Shown here piece after piece: positions 10,101 to 20,682 of a stretch of 64,000 nucleotides of DNA. The notes below the pieces were generated by a model. That model was not told the origin of the DNA, ran no database searches, and saw only the letters and a list, made by a program, of their open reading frames with translations. The position numbers were made by a program, and so were the translations under genes. Position 1 is the stretch's first letter, and each line of letters begins with the position of its first letter. This DNA is from Ottowia sp. (lineage in GTDB: Bacteria > Pseudomonadota > Gammaproteobacteria > Burkholderiales > Burkholderiaceae_C), in NCBI RefSeq assembly GCF_046348305.1, contig NZ_JAXMEM010000012.1, positions 35,618 to 99,617 on the forward strand. Direction: 5' to 3'.

Positions 10101-10364
10101 TCAGGCATCCAGACGCAGGACGACGCCGATCGGATCGATCTCGAAGTTGGCCACTTCGGACGAATTGGGTAGGCCGTCCATCCGCTCCAGCAAGGACACC
10201 GTGCGTTCGTTGCCGGCCAGGAACTGGTCGACATCCATGGTCAGCAACACGAAGGCGGGCTCACCGTGGTCGGTGATGAAAACGGGCCCTTGCCTGGCCA
10301 AGTGCTTGGCACGGCTGACGTTGTGACCGAACTCGCGGCTGGTGATGGTGTGGATGGCGCTCAC
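10101..10364 (-). CDS. Phd/YefM-family type II antitoxin
   Basis: TITSREFGHNVSRAKHLARQGPVFITDHGEPAFVLL; start overlaps slt stop (GTGA). Confidence 0.85.
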   Translation of the reverse strand: MSAIHTITSREFGHNVSRAKHLARQGPVFITDHGEPAFVLLTMDVDQFLAGNERTVSLLERMDGLPNSSEVANFEIDPIGVVLRLDA

Positions 10365-12382
10365 GGCAAATCCCGCGTGAGCACGCCCTCATCGGCCGCC
10401 GCCGGCCCGACGCGCCCCAGCCGGGCCTTGAGCGACTGCGGCTGGCCGGTGAGCAAGATGGCGTAGTCGGTGGTGTTGGCCAGCACCTTCTTGACGTAGT
10501 CGCGCGTTTCGGCAAAGGGGATGGTCTCGGCCCAGGCGGCGCCCTCCAGCACGGGGCCGTTGCGCCAGTTGCGCGGGCGGCCGGGCCCGGCGTTGTAGGC
10601 GGCGGCGGCCAGGGGCATGGAGCCGCGAAACTCATCCAGCGCCAGCTTGAGGTAGTTGGTGCCGATCAGGATGTTGGTGTCCAGCTCGCTGACCATGGCG
10701 GGCACGAAGCCGTCCAGGCCGATCTTGCGCGCGGTCCAGCGCGCGGTGGCGGGCATGATCTGCATCAGGCCCGAGGCGCCGACGTGCGAGCGCGCGTCCA
10801 TGACGAAGCGGCTCTCCTGCCGGATCAGGCCGTACACATAGGCCGGGTCGAGCCCGATGGCCTGCGCCTGGCGCACCACCAGGCCCTGGTGCGGCGTGGG
10901 GTAGCGCTGGGCGAAGTCCTCGAAGCCCTTGATGCGCTCGCTGGTGTTGATGCAGCGGTCCCACACCTGCAGCTCGCACGCCAGGTTGGCCGCGGCGTAG
11001 AGCTGGCGGTCGCCCATGCCGCCGGCGTCGTGCAGGTTGGTCCAGTAGTTCCACTCGCGCACGCCTTCGCTGCGCAGGCCCAGGCCGATGGCCAGCAGGG
11101 CGCGGTTCAGGCCGGGGTTGGCGCGCGCGGCGGCGCGCTCCTCGGCGGTGAGGGGTGCGGGCGCGGGCGGCGGCGTGATGGGGCGGCCCAGCTCCTCCAG
11201 CGCCAGCTTGCCGTAGAAGCTGCGGTCGCTGGCAATGGCCTCCAGCGGCTGGCGGGCGGCGGCGCGCGCCTCGTCGGTCCTGGCCAGGGCCGTCTCGGCA
11301 CGGGCGCGCCAATAAATCCACGTCGGGTCTTGCCGCAGCGGCTCGCTCATGGCGAGCACGGCGGCGCGCACGCCCGCCCACTGGCCGGCGCGCAAGGCGG
11401 CACGCGCCTGCCAGGCCAGCAAGTCGTCGCTCAGGTCCTGCGCGCGCGTGACCTTGGCGAAGTAGCCCCAGGCGTTGTCTTGCAGCTTGAGCGCGGCCTG
11501 CTTGCCGATGACGGCCCACAGCCAGTTGCGCTCCTCGGGCGAGAGCTGCACCGTCCACTTGCCATCCAGCAGGCCGGCGGCCTGGTCGGGGTCTTGCACG
11601 GCCACGCGGATCAGCGCGAGCACGATCAGCTCCTGCCCCTTGCGCGTGCCCACCGCGGCGCGGCTGGCCAAGTAGCGCGCGGCGCCGTTGCTGATCTGCG
11701 CCACGGTGGCCGCCGCATCGGGGGCGTCCAGCGCCACGGCGGAGCGGGCCATGCCGGGGCGGCCGGCCTCCATGGCCAGGCGCGCCTTCATCCACAGGTC
11801 GGCCGACGTGATCTGGCCGGCCTGGTGCAGCACGTCCGCGGCCAGCAGGCAGCCGTCGCCCTCGCTGCGCTGGGCCCACCAGTCGCGGCGCACGGCCTGC
11901 ACCGCCTCGCGCGAGACGCTGGCGCCCTGCAGCGCCTGCATGGCGGCGGCGTAGCAGCGCACCTCGGCGTCGTCGGCCATGCGAAAGCGCGGCAGCTCTT
12001 GCGCAAACGTGGCCCAGTCGCGGCGCTTGCCGGCCAGCAGCAGCCAGTCGTTGCGCAGGCGATCTTCCTGGTAGGTGCCGGCGTAGCGCGTCAGAAAGTC
12101 CTGCACGTCCTGCGCGCTGGCATCCTCCAGCCTCACCTTGAGGGCCCAATACGCCGCCCAGGGCTCCAGCGCATGGCCGCGCGCCAGCGGCAACAGGCTG
12201 GCCAGGCGCGCCTTGTCGCCCCGGCGAAACGCCTCGCGCATGTCCAGGATGACGCTGTCGGCGGCCGCGGCGGGGGCCGGCGCACTGGCCGCAGGCAGCT
12301 CGGCCGACTGCGCGCGCGCCGCCTCGGTGTGGGCCAAACCCGCGGCGGCGAAAGCCAATGTCAGAATCGAGAGCCTACGCAT
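10361..12382 (-). CDS. slt: Soluble lytic murein transglycosylase (Slt70-like)
   Basis: Signal peptide MRRLSILTLAFAAAG; LIRQESRF catalytic Glu, SGLMQIMP, AAYNAGPG, IPFAETRDYVKKV. Confidence 0.93.
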   Translation of the reverse strand: MRRLSILTLAFAAAGLAHTEAARAQSAELPAASAPAPAAAADSVILDMREAFRRGDKARLASLLPLARGHALEPWAAYWALKVRLEDASAQDVQDFLTRYAGTYQEDRLRNDWLLLAGKRRDWATFAQELPRFRMADDAEVRCYAAAMQALQGASVSREAVQAVRRDWWAQRSEGDGCLLAADVLHQAGQITSADLWMKARLAMEAGRPGMARSAVALDAPDAAATVAQISNGAARYLASRAAVGTRKGQELIVLALIRVAVQDPDQAAGLLDGKWTVQLSPEERNWLWAVIGKQAALKLQDNAWGYFAKVTRAQDLSDDLLAWQARAALRAGQWAGVRAAVLAMSEPLRQDPTWIYWRARAETALARTDEARAAARQPLEAIASDRSFYGKLALEELGRPITPPPAPAPLTAEERAAARANPGLNRALLAIGLGLRSEGVREWNYWTNLHDAGGMGDRQLYAAANLACELQVWDRCINTSERIKGFEDFAQRYPTPHQGLVVRQAQAIGLDPAYVYGLIRQESRFVMDARSHVGASGLMQIMPATARWTARKIGLDGFVPAMVSELDTNILIGTNYLKLALDEFRGSMPLAAAAYNAGPGRPRNWRNGPVLEGAAWAETIPFAETRDYVKKVLANTTDYAILLTGQPQSLKARLGRVGPAAADEGVLTRDLP

Positions 12383-12391
12383 GAACCCATT

Positions 12392-12976
12392 ATGACCACG
12401 CCGCCCGACAAAAAATCCCTGCGCGCCCGTCTGGTGCATGAGCGCCTGCACCTCGGCGACCGGCTCGCGCGCGCCGACGCGCTGCAAGACATCCTGCGCA
12501 TCTGGCTGATCGGGCGGCCCGACACGGTGATTGGCGCGTATTGGCCGATCAAGGGCGAGTTTGACCCCCTGCCCGCCCTGCACCGCTGGAAGGAGGACGG
12601 CGAGCTGATGGACGAGCCCCAGCGCCGGCGCATCGGCCTGCCGGTGGTCAACAAGCTGCATCGCACGCTGACCTTTCACGCCTGGTACCCCGGCTGCCCG
12701 ATGGAGGAGGACGCCTACGGCATCCCCAAGCCCAAGGACACCGAGCTGATCGTGCCCACCTTGTTGTTCGTGCCCTGCGTGGGCTACGGCCCCGGCGGCT
12801 TTCGCCTGGGCTACGGCGGCGGCTTTTACGACCGCACCCTGGCCGCCCTGCAGCCGCGCCCGCACACCGTGGGCCTGGGCTTTACCAACGGCTTTCTCGA
12901 AGACCTGGAGCCCGAGGCGCACGACGTGCCGCTGGATGCGATCCTGAATGACAACGGGGTGGTTTGGCCGGTGTGA
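12392..12976 (+). CDS. 5-formyltetrahydrofolate cyclo-ligase
   Basis: KKSLRARL, YWPIKGEFD, YGIPKP, FVPCVGY...RLGYGGGFYDRTL. Confidence 0.92.
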   Translation: MTTPPDKKSLRARLVHERLHLGDRLARADALQDILRIWLIGRPDTVIGAYWPIKGEFDPLPALHRWKEDGELMDEPQRRRIGLPVVNKLHRTLTFHAWYPGCPMEEDAYGIPKPKDTELIVPTLLFVPCVGYGPGGFRLGYGGGFYDRTLAALQPRPHTVGLGFTNGFLEDLEPEAHDVPLDAILNDNGVVWPV

Positions 12977-13028
12977 GGCTGTACGCAGGTTGACGCAGCA
13001 GAAACAGCGTCCGGGACTTCAACCGTTG

Positions 13029-14018
13029 TCAAGCGACGGCGTCCGTCGCGGCCCCCTCCCCCGTCACCGCCCGCGTGGCCACGGCCTGCGCGGCCAGCCA
13101 GTCGGCGAAGGCCTTGACTTCGGCGCGCTGCGCGCTGTGGGGCGACACCATCACCCAGTACGCCATGGGCGAGACCAGGCGCGCGTTGGGATAGGCGTCG
13201 GGCGCAAACACCTCCACCAGCTCGCCGCGCGCCAGGCTCTCGGCCACCAGAGGCGGGCGCGCCAACACCACGCCCTGACCCGACATCGCCGCCTGCACCA
13301 TCTGGTAGGCGTAGTTGAAGCTGAGCCAGCGCTTGGGCTGCGACTGCGCCAGGCCATTGGCGTCCAGCCAGCGGCGCCACGTGAGCCAGGCCAAGTGGGG
13401 CGTGTAGGCGTCGGCCGCCTCGATCAGGGTGTGGGCCAGCAGGTCGGCGGGGGTCTTCAGGCGCGGGCCGCTTCTCAAAAGCCAGGGGCTGGCCATGGGC
13501 GTGACCAGCTCGCCAAACAGGCGGCGCGCCGCAGGCGGCATGCGGTCCGCGGGGGCGTAGCGCACGGCCACGTCGATGTCGGTCACCTCCAGGTCCACCG
13601 CGCTGTCGCTGGCCTCGATGCGGATGTCGATGTCGGGGTGCTCGCGCTGAAACGCCTCCAGCTTGGGGATCAGCCACATCGACGCGAACGAGGCAAAGGT
13701 GGTGACCGACACGTGCCGGCGCCCCGCGTTCTGGCGGATGTGGCGCACCGCGGCGTCGATGCGCGGCAGGGCCTGCCCCACCGCGCTGATCAGCTGGATG
13801 CCGGCCTCGGTCAGCTCGACCGCGCGCGTGTGGCGCAGGAACAGGGGCACGCCCACGTCGTCCTCCAGCGCCTGGATCTGGCGGCTGACGGCCGACTGCG
13901 TGAGCGCCATTTCCTCGGCCGCCAGGCGAAAGTTGAGGTGGCGCGCCACCGCCTCGAAGGCGCGCAAATGGCCGGCCTGGATGGGGCGCGAGCGCAGGTG
14001 GGTCTGGGAGTGCAGCAC
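13029..14018 (-). CDS. LysR-family regulator (GcvA-like)
   Basis: LRAFEAVARHLNFRLAAEEMALTQSAVSRQIQALE HTH; FASMWLIPKL. Confidence 0.92.
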   Translation of the reverse strand: MLHSQTHLRSRPIQAGHLRAFEAVARHLNFRLAAEEMALTQSAVSRQIQALEDDVGVPLFLRHTRAVELTEAGIQLISAVGQALPRIDAAVRHIRQNAGRRHVSVTTFASFASMWLIPKLEAFQREHPDIDIRIEASDSAVDLEVTDIDVAVRYAPADRMPPAARRLFGELVTPMASPWLLRSGPRLKTPADLLAHTLIEAADAYTPHLAWLTWRRWLDANGLAQSQPKRWLSFNYAYQMVQAAMSGQGVVLARPPLVAESLARGELVEVFAPDAYPNARLVSPMAYWVMVSPHSAQRAEVKAFADWLAAQAVATRAVTGEGAATDAVA

Positions 14019-14141
14019 AGCGAGATTGATGCAAATCGGGAATCAATAGCGTGGCGGGATTTCATTGGACTGTCAATGGGGATCGGCGCAACATGCAGCC
14101 ATCGGATTCATTCCCGATTCAATGCTTTCCAGGAGCCCGCC

Positions 14142-14528
14142 ATGTCTGATGTCAAGCTGCATTCCTCGCCCAGCCTGTCCCTGTCCCGGGGCGTCGGCGT
14201 GACGCTGCAGCCGGGCCAGGCACGCACCCTGCGCGTGCCGGCCGCCGGCCTGCTGCGTGTGACGCGCGGCGCGTTGTGGGTGACCCGGCACGGCGCGCGC
14301 GCCCAGCCGGCGCCCGATGACGTGTATGTGGCGGCCGGCCAGCCGCTGGCGCTGCGCGCGGGCGAGTCGGTGGTGATCGAGCCGATTCACCGAGGCGGCG
14401 AGCCGGCTGGCCCGGTGGCCCCGGCCGCCTTTTGCTGGCAGCCGGCCACCGGGCGCTGCGCCGGCGCGCTGCGCGCGTTCGCGGATCGCTTGGGTGCCTG
14501 GGTGCACGGCGCGCACGTTCGCGCGTGA
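14142..14528 (+). CDS. DUF2917-like protein divergent from LysR
   Basis: AGGAG RBS; LRVTRGALWVT...DDVYVAAGQPL..GESVVIE. Confidence 0.7.
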   Translation: MSDVKLHSSPSLSLSRGVGVTLQPGQARTLRVPAAGLLRVTRGALWVTRHGARAQPAPDDVYVAAGQPLALRAGESVVIEPIHRGGEPAGPVAPAAFCWQPATGRCAGALRAFADRLGAWVHGAHVRA

Positions 14529-14529
14529 C

Positions 14530-14585
14530 GCTACTTGATTGATAGCTGGTTGCGCTTGATGAACAAGCGCAATCGCTTGTTTCAA
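14530..14585. repeat. Repeat family A, intergenic copy
   Basis: GATAGCTGGTTGCGCTTG-ATGAA-CAAGCGCAA hairpin. Confidence 0.75.
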
Positions 14586-14672
14586 CGAATATTTTCATGG
14601 ATCTCGCGGCAGCATGGGCGTGATTTGGAGTAGGCTTGCAGCCATCCAAAACAACCGGCTGCCGGAGACACC

Positions 14673-16985
14673 ATGAGCAAACCCCTGAGCCCCGCCGAGG
14701 CTGCGCTGCGCGATGCGGCGCGTGAATACCACCGCAGTCCCACGCGCGGCAAGATTTCCGTCACGCCGACCAAGCCGCTGGCCAACCAGCTCGATCTGTC
14801 GCTGGCCTATTCGCCCGGCGTGGCCTATCCGTGCCTGGACATCCAGGCCGATCCGAGCAAAGCCGCCGAATACACCTCGCGCGGCAACCTGGTGGGCGTC
14901 ATCACCAACGGCACGGCCGTGCTGGGCCTGGGCAACATCGGCGCGCTGGCGGGCAAGCCGGTGATGGAGGGCAAGGGGTGCCTCTTCAAGAAGTTCGCCG
15001 GCATCGACGTGTTCGACATCGAGCTGGACGAGCACGACCCCGACAAGCTGGTGGACATCATTGCCGCGCTGGAGCCCACGCTGGGCGGCGTCAATCTGGA
15101 GGACATCAAGGCGCCCGAGTGCTTCTATATCGAGAAGAAGCTGCGCGAGCGCATGAACATCCCCGTGTTCCACGACGACCAGCACGGCACGGCCATCATC
15201 TCGTCGGCGGCGCTGCTCAACGGCCTGGAGCTGGTGGGCAAGAAGATCGGCGACGTCAAGGTAGCCGTGAGCGGCGCGGGCGCCGCCGCCATCGCCTGTC
15301 TGGACGTGATGGTGGCCTTGGGCGTCAAGCCGGCCAACGTGCACGCCTGCGACTCCAAGGGCCTGATCTACGCCGGCCGCGCCAGCGTGGACGCCTCCAA
15401 GGCGCGCTACGCGCAGCCCGACACCGGCGCGCGCACCTTGGCCGACGTGGTCAAGGGGGCCGACGTGTTTCTGGGCTGCTCGGCCGCCGGCGTGCTGACG
15501 CAAGAGATGGTGAAAACCATGGCCGACAAGCCCATCATCCTGGCGCTGGCCAACCCCGAGCCCGAGATCCGCCCCGAGGACGCCAAGGCCGCGCGGCCCG
15601 ACTGCATCATCGCCACCGGGCGCAGCGACTACCCCAACCAGGTCAACAACGTCCTGTGCTTTCCCTACATCTTCCGCGGCGCGCTGGACTGCGGCGCCAG
15701 CAAGATCACCGAGGAGATGAAGCTGGCCTGCGTGCGCGAGATCGCCGCCCTGGCCAAGGCCGAGACCAGCGCCGAGGTGGCCACCGCCTACGCCGGCAAG
15801 GAGCTGCACTTCGGCCCCGACTACATCATCCCCACGCCGTTTGATCCGCGCCTGATCCTGCGCATCGCCCCGGCAGTGGCCGAGGCGGCGGCCAAGTCGG
15901 GCGTGGCCGAGCGCCCCATTGCCGACCTGGAGGCCTATCGCACGCAGCTGACGCGCTTCATCTACCAGACCGGCATGGTGATGCAGCCGGTGCTGACGGC
16001 GGCGCGCGCGGCCGATGCGGCGCACAAGCGCGTGGCCTACGCCGAGGGCGAGGACGAGCGCGTGCTGCACGCCGCGCAGGTGGTGGTGGACGACAAGCTG
16101 GCGCGCCCCATCCTGATCGGCCGCCCGGCCGTGATCGAGCAGCGCATCCACAAGGCCGGGCTGCGCATCCGCCTGGGCGTGGACGTGGACAACGTCAACC
16201 CCGAGGAGGATTCGCGCTTTCGCCAGTACTGGGAGACCTACCACCACCTGATGGGGCGCAACGGCGTCAGCGTCGAGGCCGCCAAGGCCACGGTGCGCCG
16301 CTCCAACACCGTCATTGCCGCGCTGATGGTGCACCTGGGCGATGCCGACGCCATGCTGTGCGGCACCGTGGGGCGCTACCACGCGCACCTGGACAACATC
16401 CGCGACATCATCGGCGTCGAGCCCGGCGCGCCCGACCTGGCCGCGCTCAACGCCATCATGCTGCACGAGCGCACGCTGTTCATCTGCGACACCTACGTGC
16501 ACGAAGACCCCAGCGCCGAGCTGCTGGCCGGCATCGCCAGGATGGCCGCCACCGAGGTGCACAACTTCGGCCTGCCGCCCAAGGTGGCGTTTTTGTCGCA
16601 CTCCAATTTCGGCTCGTCCAAGGACGCCTCGGCGCTCAAGGTGCGCCGCGCGCGCGACCTGTTCCGCGCGCTGGCCCCCGATGTCGAATGCGACGGCGAA
16701 ATGCACGGCGACAGCGCCCTGTCGGCCAAGCTGCGCGCTGCCACCATGCCCGACAGCACCCTGAGCGGCGAGGCCAACCTGCTGGTGTGCCCCAACCTGG
16801 ACGCGGCCAACATCCTGTTCAACGTGCTCAAGACCGTGGCCGGCAGCGGCGTCACCATTGGCCCCATGCTGCTGGGCGCGGCCGCGCCGGCGCACGTGCT
16901 CACGCCCTCGTCCACCGTGCGCCGGCTGGTCAACATGACCGCGCTGGCGGTCGATGAGGCACAGGTGCGCCGGCGCAACCGGTGA
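14673..16985 (+). CDS. maeB: NADP-dependent malic enzyme with phosphotransacetylase-like C-terminal domain
   Basis: [60 protein letters not shown]. Confidence 0.96.
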   Translation: MSKPLSPAEAALRDAAREYHRSPTRGKISVTPTKPLANQLDLSLAYSPGVAYPCLDIQADPSKAAEYTSRGNLVGVITNGTAVLGLGNIGALAGKPVMEGKGCLFKKFAGIDVFDIELDEHDPDKLVDIIAALEPTLGGVNLEDIKAPECFYIEKKLRERMNIPVFHDDQHGTAIISSAALLNGLELVGKKIGDVKVAVSGAGAAAIACLDVMVALGVKPANVHACDSKGLIYAGRASVDASKARYAQPDTGARTLADVVKGADVFLGCSAAGVLTQEMVKTMADKPIILALANPEPEIRPEDAKAARPDCIIATGRSDYPNQVNNVLCFPYIFRGALDCGASKITEEMKLACVREIAALAKAETSAEVATAYAGKELHFGPDYIIPTPFDPRLILRIAPAVAEAAAKSGVAERPIADLEAYRTQLTRFIYQTGMVMQPVLTAARAADAAHKRVAYAEGEDERVLHAAQVVVDDKLARPILIGRPAVIEQRIHKAGLRIRLGVDVDNVNPEEDSRFRQYWETYHHLMGRNGVSVEAAKATVRRSNTVIAALMVHLGDADAMLCGTVGRYHAHLDNIRDIIGVEPGAPDLAALNAIMLHERTLFICDTYVHEDPSAELLAGIARMAATEVHNFGLPPKVAFLSHSNFGSSKDASALKVRRARDLFRALAPDVECDGEMHGDSALSAKLRAATMPDSTLSGEANLLVCPNLDAANILFNVLKTVAGSGVTIGPMLLGAAAPAHVLTPSSTVRRLVNMTALAVDEAQVRRRNR

Positions 16986-16995
16986 TCTGTCGGAT

Positions 16996-17058
16996 GCTCT
17001 GATATCAATAGCTGCGCGCGCCCATCACAAGGGCACAAGCAGCCATTTCGACGTTCAA
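16996..17058. repeat. Repeat family A, diverged intergenic copy
   Basis: TCAATAGCTGCGCGCGCCC...GGGCAC...TTCAA between converging maeB and yceI-like genes. Confidence 0.6.
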
Positions 17059-17062
17059 GCGC

Positions 17063-17638
17063 TCACTGTCTGAACGCCTCGATGGTGGCCGTGATGCGCA
17101 CGTTCTTGGGCATGCCCGCGTCCACCAGATAGTTCATGCCCCATTGGGTGCGGTCGATCACCGCCTCGAAGTCGCCGCCGCAGGCCTCGGTCCTGGCGCG
17201 CTTGTTGGGGTAGCACTTGAATTGATTGGCCTTGAGCGTGACCGGCAGCGTGCGTCCCAGCAGCGTGAGCTGGCCGGGCACCTCGACGAGGCGCTCGCCG
17301 TCGAACACCAGCCGGTCCGAGACGAAGCGCATGGTCGGGTATTGGCGCGCGTCGAACAGATCGGGCGAGAGCAGATGCTCGTCAAAGCCCCGGGAGCCGC
17401 TGTAGACGCTGGCCACCTGCACGAACAGGTCGATGGCGCCCGCCTTGGCCACGGGGTCGAAGCGCACCGAGCCCGCCACCTCGTCAAAGCGCGCGCGGTT
17501 GACCGAGGCGCCAAAGTGGTCGATGGCGAAGGTGGCGTAGGTGTGATCGGCGTCCAGGGCATAGCGCGCCGGCTCGGCATGGGCCGCGCCAAAAACCAGC
17601 CAGGCCAGGCCGAGAAAGGTGGACAAATGTTTGCGCAT
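17063..17638 (-). CDS. YceI-family periplasmic lipid/isoprenoid-binding protein
   Basis: Signal peptide; YALDADHT, HLLSPDLFDARQYPTMRF, IDRTQWG. Confidence 0.9.
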   Translation of the reverse strand: MRKHLSTFLGLAWLVFGAAHAEPARYALDADHTYATFAIDHFGASVNRARFDEVAGSVRFDPVAKAGAIDLFVQVASVYSGSRGFDEHLLSPDLFDARQYPTMRFVSDRLVFDGERLVEVPGQLTLLGRTLPVTLKANQFKCYPNKRARTEACGGDFEAVIDRTQWGMNYLVDAGMPKNVRITATIEAFRQ

Positions 17639-17780
17639 GGGTCATCCTCCAAAGACAATGCCAATCGGCTCAGTATGGCGGCGCAGCCGTCCGCAAGCCT
17701 TGACCTGAGGCAGCTTCCCCGCCTTTGCCGGCCAGCAGTCAAGGCCGCAACCGGATCACCATAGGACCCTCATCGACCCC

Positions 17781-20462
17781 ATGAGCATCCGCAACCTCGA
17801 CTCGCTGTTCCATCCGCAATCGGTGGCGATCATCGGCGCCTCCGAGCGGCCGTTTTCGGCCGGCGCCGCGCTGTGGCGCAACATGCACGCCAGCGGCTTC
17901 CAGGGCGCGCTCTGGCCGCTCAACCCCAAATACGAGCAGCTGGCCGGCCAGCGCTGCTATGCCCGCGTGCGCGATCTGCCCGGCGTGCCGGAGCTGGCCG
18001 TGATCTGCACCCCGCCCGCCACGGTGGACGATCTGATCCGGCAACTGGCCCAGGCCGGCACCAAGGCCGCCGTGGTCATCAGCGCCGGCCTCACGCCCGA
18101 GCAGAAGCAGGCCATGCTGGACGCCGCGCGCCCCCGGCTGCTGCGCATCCTGGGGCCCGACTGCGTGGGCCTGCTGGCGCCGCACGCGCACCTGAACGCC
18201 AGCATCGCGCCCGCCGCGGCCCAGCCGGGCCAACTGGCCCTGGTCTCGCAGTCCGACGCGCTGGTCACCGCCATGCTGGACTGGGCGCAGGCGCGCAGCA
18301 TCGGTTTTTCGCACTTTGTCGCACTGGGCGAGCACGCCGACGTGGACGCTGCCGACGTGCTGGACTACCTGGCCAGCGACGCGCACACGCGCGCCATCCT
18401 GCTGTGCATCGAATCGATCGAGCACGCGCGCAAGTTCATGTCGGCCGCGCGCGCGGCGGCGCGCAACAAGCCGGTCATCGTGCTCAAGGCCGGGCGCAGC
18501 GCGCCGGGACAACAGGCCGCCGCCTCGCACACCGGCGCGCTGGCCGGCGCCGATGCCGTGCATGAAGCGGCCATTGCCCGCGCCGGCATGCTGCGCGTGG
18601 ACAGCCTGGAGCAGCTCTTTCTGGCCGCCGAAATTCTCACCCGCTTCAAGGCGCCCGTCGGCGCGCACCTGAGCATCCTCACCAACGCCGGCGGCGCCGG
18701 CGTGCTGGCCGCCGACGCGGCGGCGGCGCATGGCCTGCGCCTGGCCGATCCGGGCGCTGCGCTGCGCGGCGAGCTGGCCGCGGTGCTGCCGCTCCGCAGC
18801 CCCCTCGGCAACCCGGTGACCCTCGCCGCCGACGCGCCCGCGCCGTGCTACGCGGACGCGCTGCGGGCGCTGGCACGCCACCCCGAGGACAGCGGCACGC
18901 TGCTGTTCATCCATGCGCCCACCGCCATCGTGCCGGCCGCCGACATCGCGCGCGCCATGATTCCCGTCGCCCACCCTGCGCAGCAGCACGCGCTGCCCCT
19001 GGTGGCGGCGTGGATGGGGGGCCCGGCCGTCGCCGAAGCGCGCCAGCTGTTCATGCAGGCCGGCACCGCCTGCTACGACATGCCCGAGCAGGCGGTGGCC
19101 GCCATCGGCATGCTGCACGACTACGCGCGCAACCAGGCCGAGCTGACCGAAGCGCCACCGGCCGCACCACCGGGCCAGCCCGCGCCCGACACCGCCGCCG
19201 TGCGCCGCCTGGTCGCCACCGCGCTGGCCGAGGGGCGATCGTGGTTGAGCGAGCCCGAGTCCAAGGCCGTGTGCGCGGCCTACGGCATCCCCGTGGTGGC
19301 CACCCACCGGGTCGCCCCCGAGCCCGAAGCCGCCGCCGACGAGGCGGCGCGCATCGGCTTTCCGGTGGTGCTCAAGATCGTGTCGGCCGACGTCACGCAC
19401 AAGTCGGACGTGGGTGGCGTGGCGCTCAACCTGCAGGACGCCCAGGACGTGCGCACCGCTGCGCAGACCATGCTCGCGCGCATCGCCAAGACCCACCCGC
19501 AGGCGCGGCTGGAGGGCTTTGCCGTGCAGGCCATGGTGCGCAAGCCGCAGGCGCAGGAGCTGATCGTCGGCGCCAGCATCGACCCCGGCTTCGGCCCCGT
19601 GATCCTGTTCGGCCAGGGCGGCACGGCCGTCGAGGTGCTCAGGGACAGCGCCATGGCGCTGCCGCCGCTGAACGCCCCGCTGGCGCGCGCACTGATCGAG
19701 CGCACCCGCGTGGCGCGCCTGCTGGCCGGCTGGCGCGACGTGCCCCCGGCCGACCTGGACGCCGTCATCGCGACGCTGATGGCCGTGTCCCAGCTGCTCG
19801 CCGACGTGCCCGAGCTGGCCGAGCTGGACATCAACCCGCTGCTGGTGGACCACGCCGGCGCCATTGCGCTGGACGCGCGCGTGGGCCTGAGCGCCGCGCA
19901 ACCCGCGGGCGCCCGCCACTTCGCCATCGCGCCCTATCCGGCCGATCTCATCGAGACGGTGCAGTGGCAAGGCCGCACGCTCACGCTGCGCCCGGTGCGC
20001 CCCGAGGACGAAGCGCAGCACCGCGCCTTTCTGGAAAGCCTGGATCCCGGCGACATCCGCCTGCGCCTGTTCTACACCCGCCGCTACATGGAGCGCAGCG
20101 AGCTGGCGCGCCTGGTGCAAATCGACTACACGCGCGAGATGGCCTTCATCGCCACCGCGCCCGACGAGAACGGCCGCGAGCAAACCCTGGGTGTGGCCCG
20201 CGCCAGCGCCGACCCGGACAACCAGGGCGCCGAGTTCGGCATCATCCTGCGCCACGGCTTGAAGGGCGCGGGCCTGGGCCGTCGGCTGATGGACAAGCTG
20301 ATCGGCCACTTCCGCGCCGCCGGCACGCGCGAGATGACCGCCGTGGTGCTCAAGGAAAACCGCGCCATGCGCGAGCTGGGCCACGCGCTGGGCTTTTCCG
20401 ACCAGCCCTCGCCGGACGACCCCGACATCCGGCTGCTGACGCTGGAGTTGCAGGCGCCCTGA
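17781..20462 (+). CDS. Acyl-CoA synthetase (NDP-forming)-like / ATP-grasp / GNAT fusion (Pat/PatZ-type protein lysine acetyltransferase)
   Basis: PQSVAIIGAS, ILGPDCVG, SHTGALAG, PVVLKIVSADVTHKSDVGG, ELDINPL, C-terminal GNAT (GAGLGRRL). Confidence 0.9.
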   Translation: MSIRNLDSLFHPQSVAIIGASERPFSAGAALWRNMHASGFQGALWPLNPKYEQLAGQRCYARVRDLPGVPELAVICTPPATVDDLIRQLAQAGTKAAVVISAGLTPEQKQAMLDAARPRLLRILGPDCVGLLAPHAHLNASIAPAAAQPGQLALVSQSDALVTAMLDWAQARSIGFSHFVALGEHADVDAADVLDYLASDAHTRAILLCIESIEHARKFMSAARAAARNKPVIVLKAGRSAPGQQAAASHTGALAGADAVHEAAIARAGMLRVDSLEQLFLAAEILTRFKAPVGAHLSILTNAGGAGVLAADAAAAHGLRLADPGAALRGELAAVLPLRSPLGNPVTLAADAPAPCYADALRALARHPEDSGTLLFIHAPTAIVPAADIARAMIPVAHPAQQHALPLVAAWMGGPAVAEARQLFMQAGTACYDMPEQAVAAIGMLHDYARNQAELTEAPPAAPPGQPAPDTAAVRRLVATALAEGRSWLSEPESKAVCAAYGIPVVATHRVAPEPEAAADEAARIGFPVVLKIVSADVTHKSDVGGVALNLQDAQDVRTAAQTMLARIAKTHPQARLEGFAVQAMVRKPQAQELIVGASIDPGFGPVILFGQGGTAVEVLRDSAMALPPLNAPLARALIERTRVARLLAGWRDVPPADLDAVIATLMAVSQLLADVPELAELDINPLLVDHAGAIALDARVGLSAAQPAGARHFAIAPYPADLIETVQWQGRTLTLRPVRPEDEAQHRAFLESLDPGDIRLRLFYTRRYMERSELARLVQIDYTREMAFIATAPDENGREQTLGVARASADPDNQGAEFGIILRHGLKGAGLGRRLMDKLIGHFRAAGTREMTAVVLKENRAMRELGHALGFSDQPSPDDPDIRLLTLELQAP

Positions 20463-20488
20463 CGCTGCGCGCGGGGAACCGAAACTCC

Positions 20489-20596
20489 AACAGCCGGACG
20501 CAGAGGACGCAAAAAATTCCATTCATGAGGACCGGATCCAGATTGAAGTTTTCTGCGCCTTTTGCGAAACCTTTGCGTCCTCTGCGTCCGGCTGTT
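20489..20596. repeat. 108-bp element with perfect 25-bp terminal inverted repeats (family B)
   Basis: AACAGCCGGACGCAGAGGACGCAAA (20489-20513) / TTTGCGTCCTCTGCGTCCGGCTGTT (20572-20596). Confidence 0.85.
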
Positions 20597-20623
20597 CATG
20601 GTTTTTATCGGCCCCCGGTAAAT

Positions 20624-20682
20624 TACAAGCGGTTTCAGTCGCTCGCGCCCATCCCGTGCGTGCAAGCAGCTATCATTTTTGA
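20624..20682. repeat. Repeat family A, intergenic copy abutting a start codon
   Basis: ...GTGCAAGCAGCTATCATTTTTGA immediately before ATG 20683. Confidence 0.7.

Noticed and set aside
14595-20522. Very long antisense ORFs (14595-16895, 17739-20522; likewise 1816-4893, 10784-12976, 57238-58650)
   Set aside because: They mirror well-supported genes on the opposite strand; stop-codon scarcity in ~70% GC DNA explains them and they carry no recognisable motifs.
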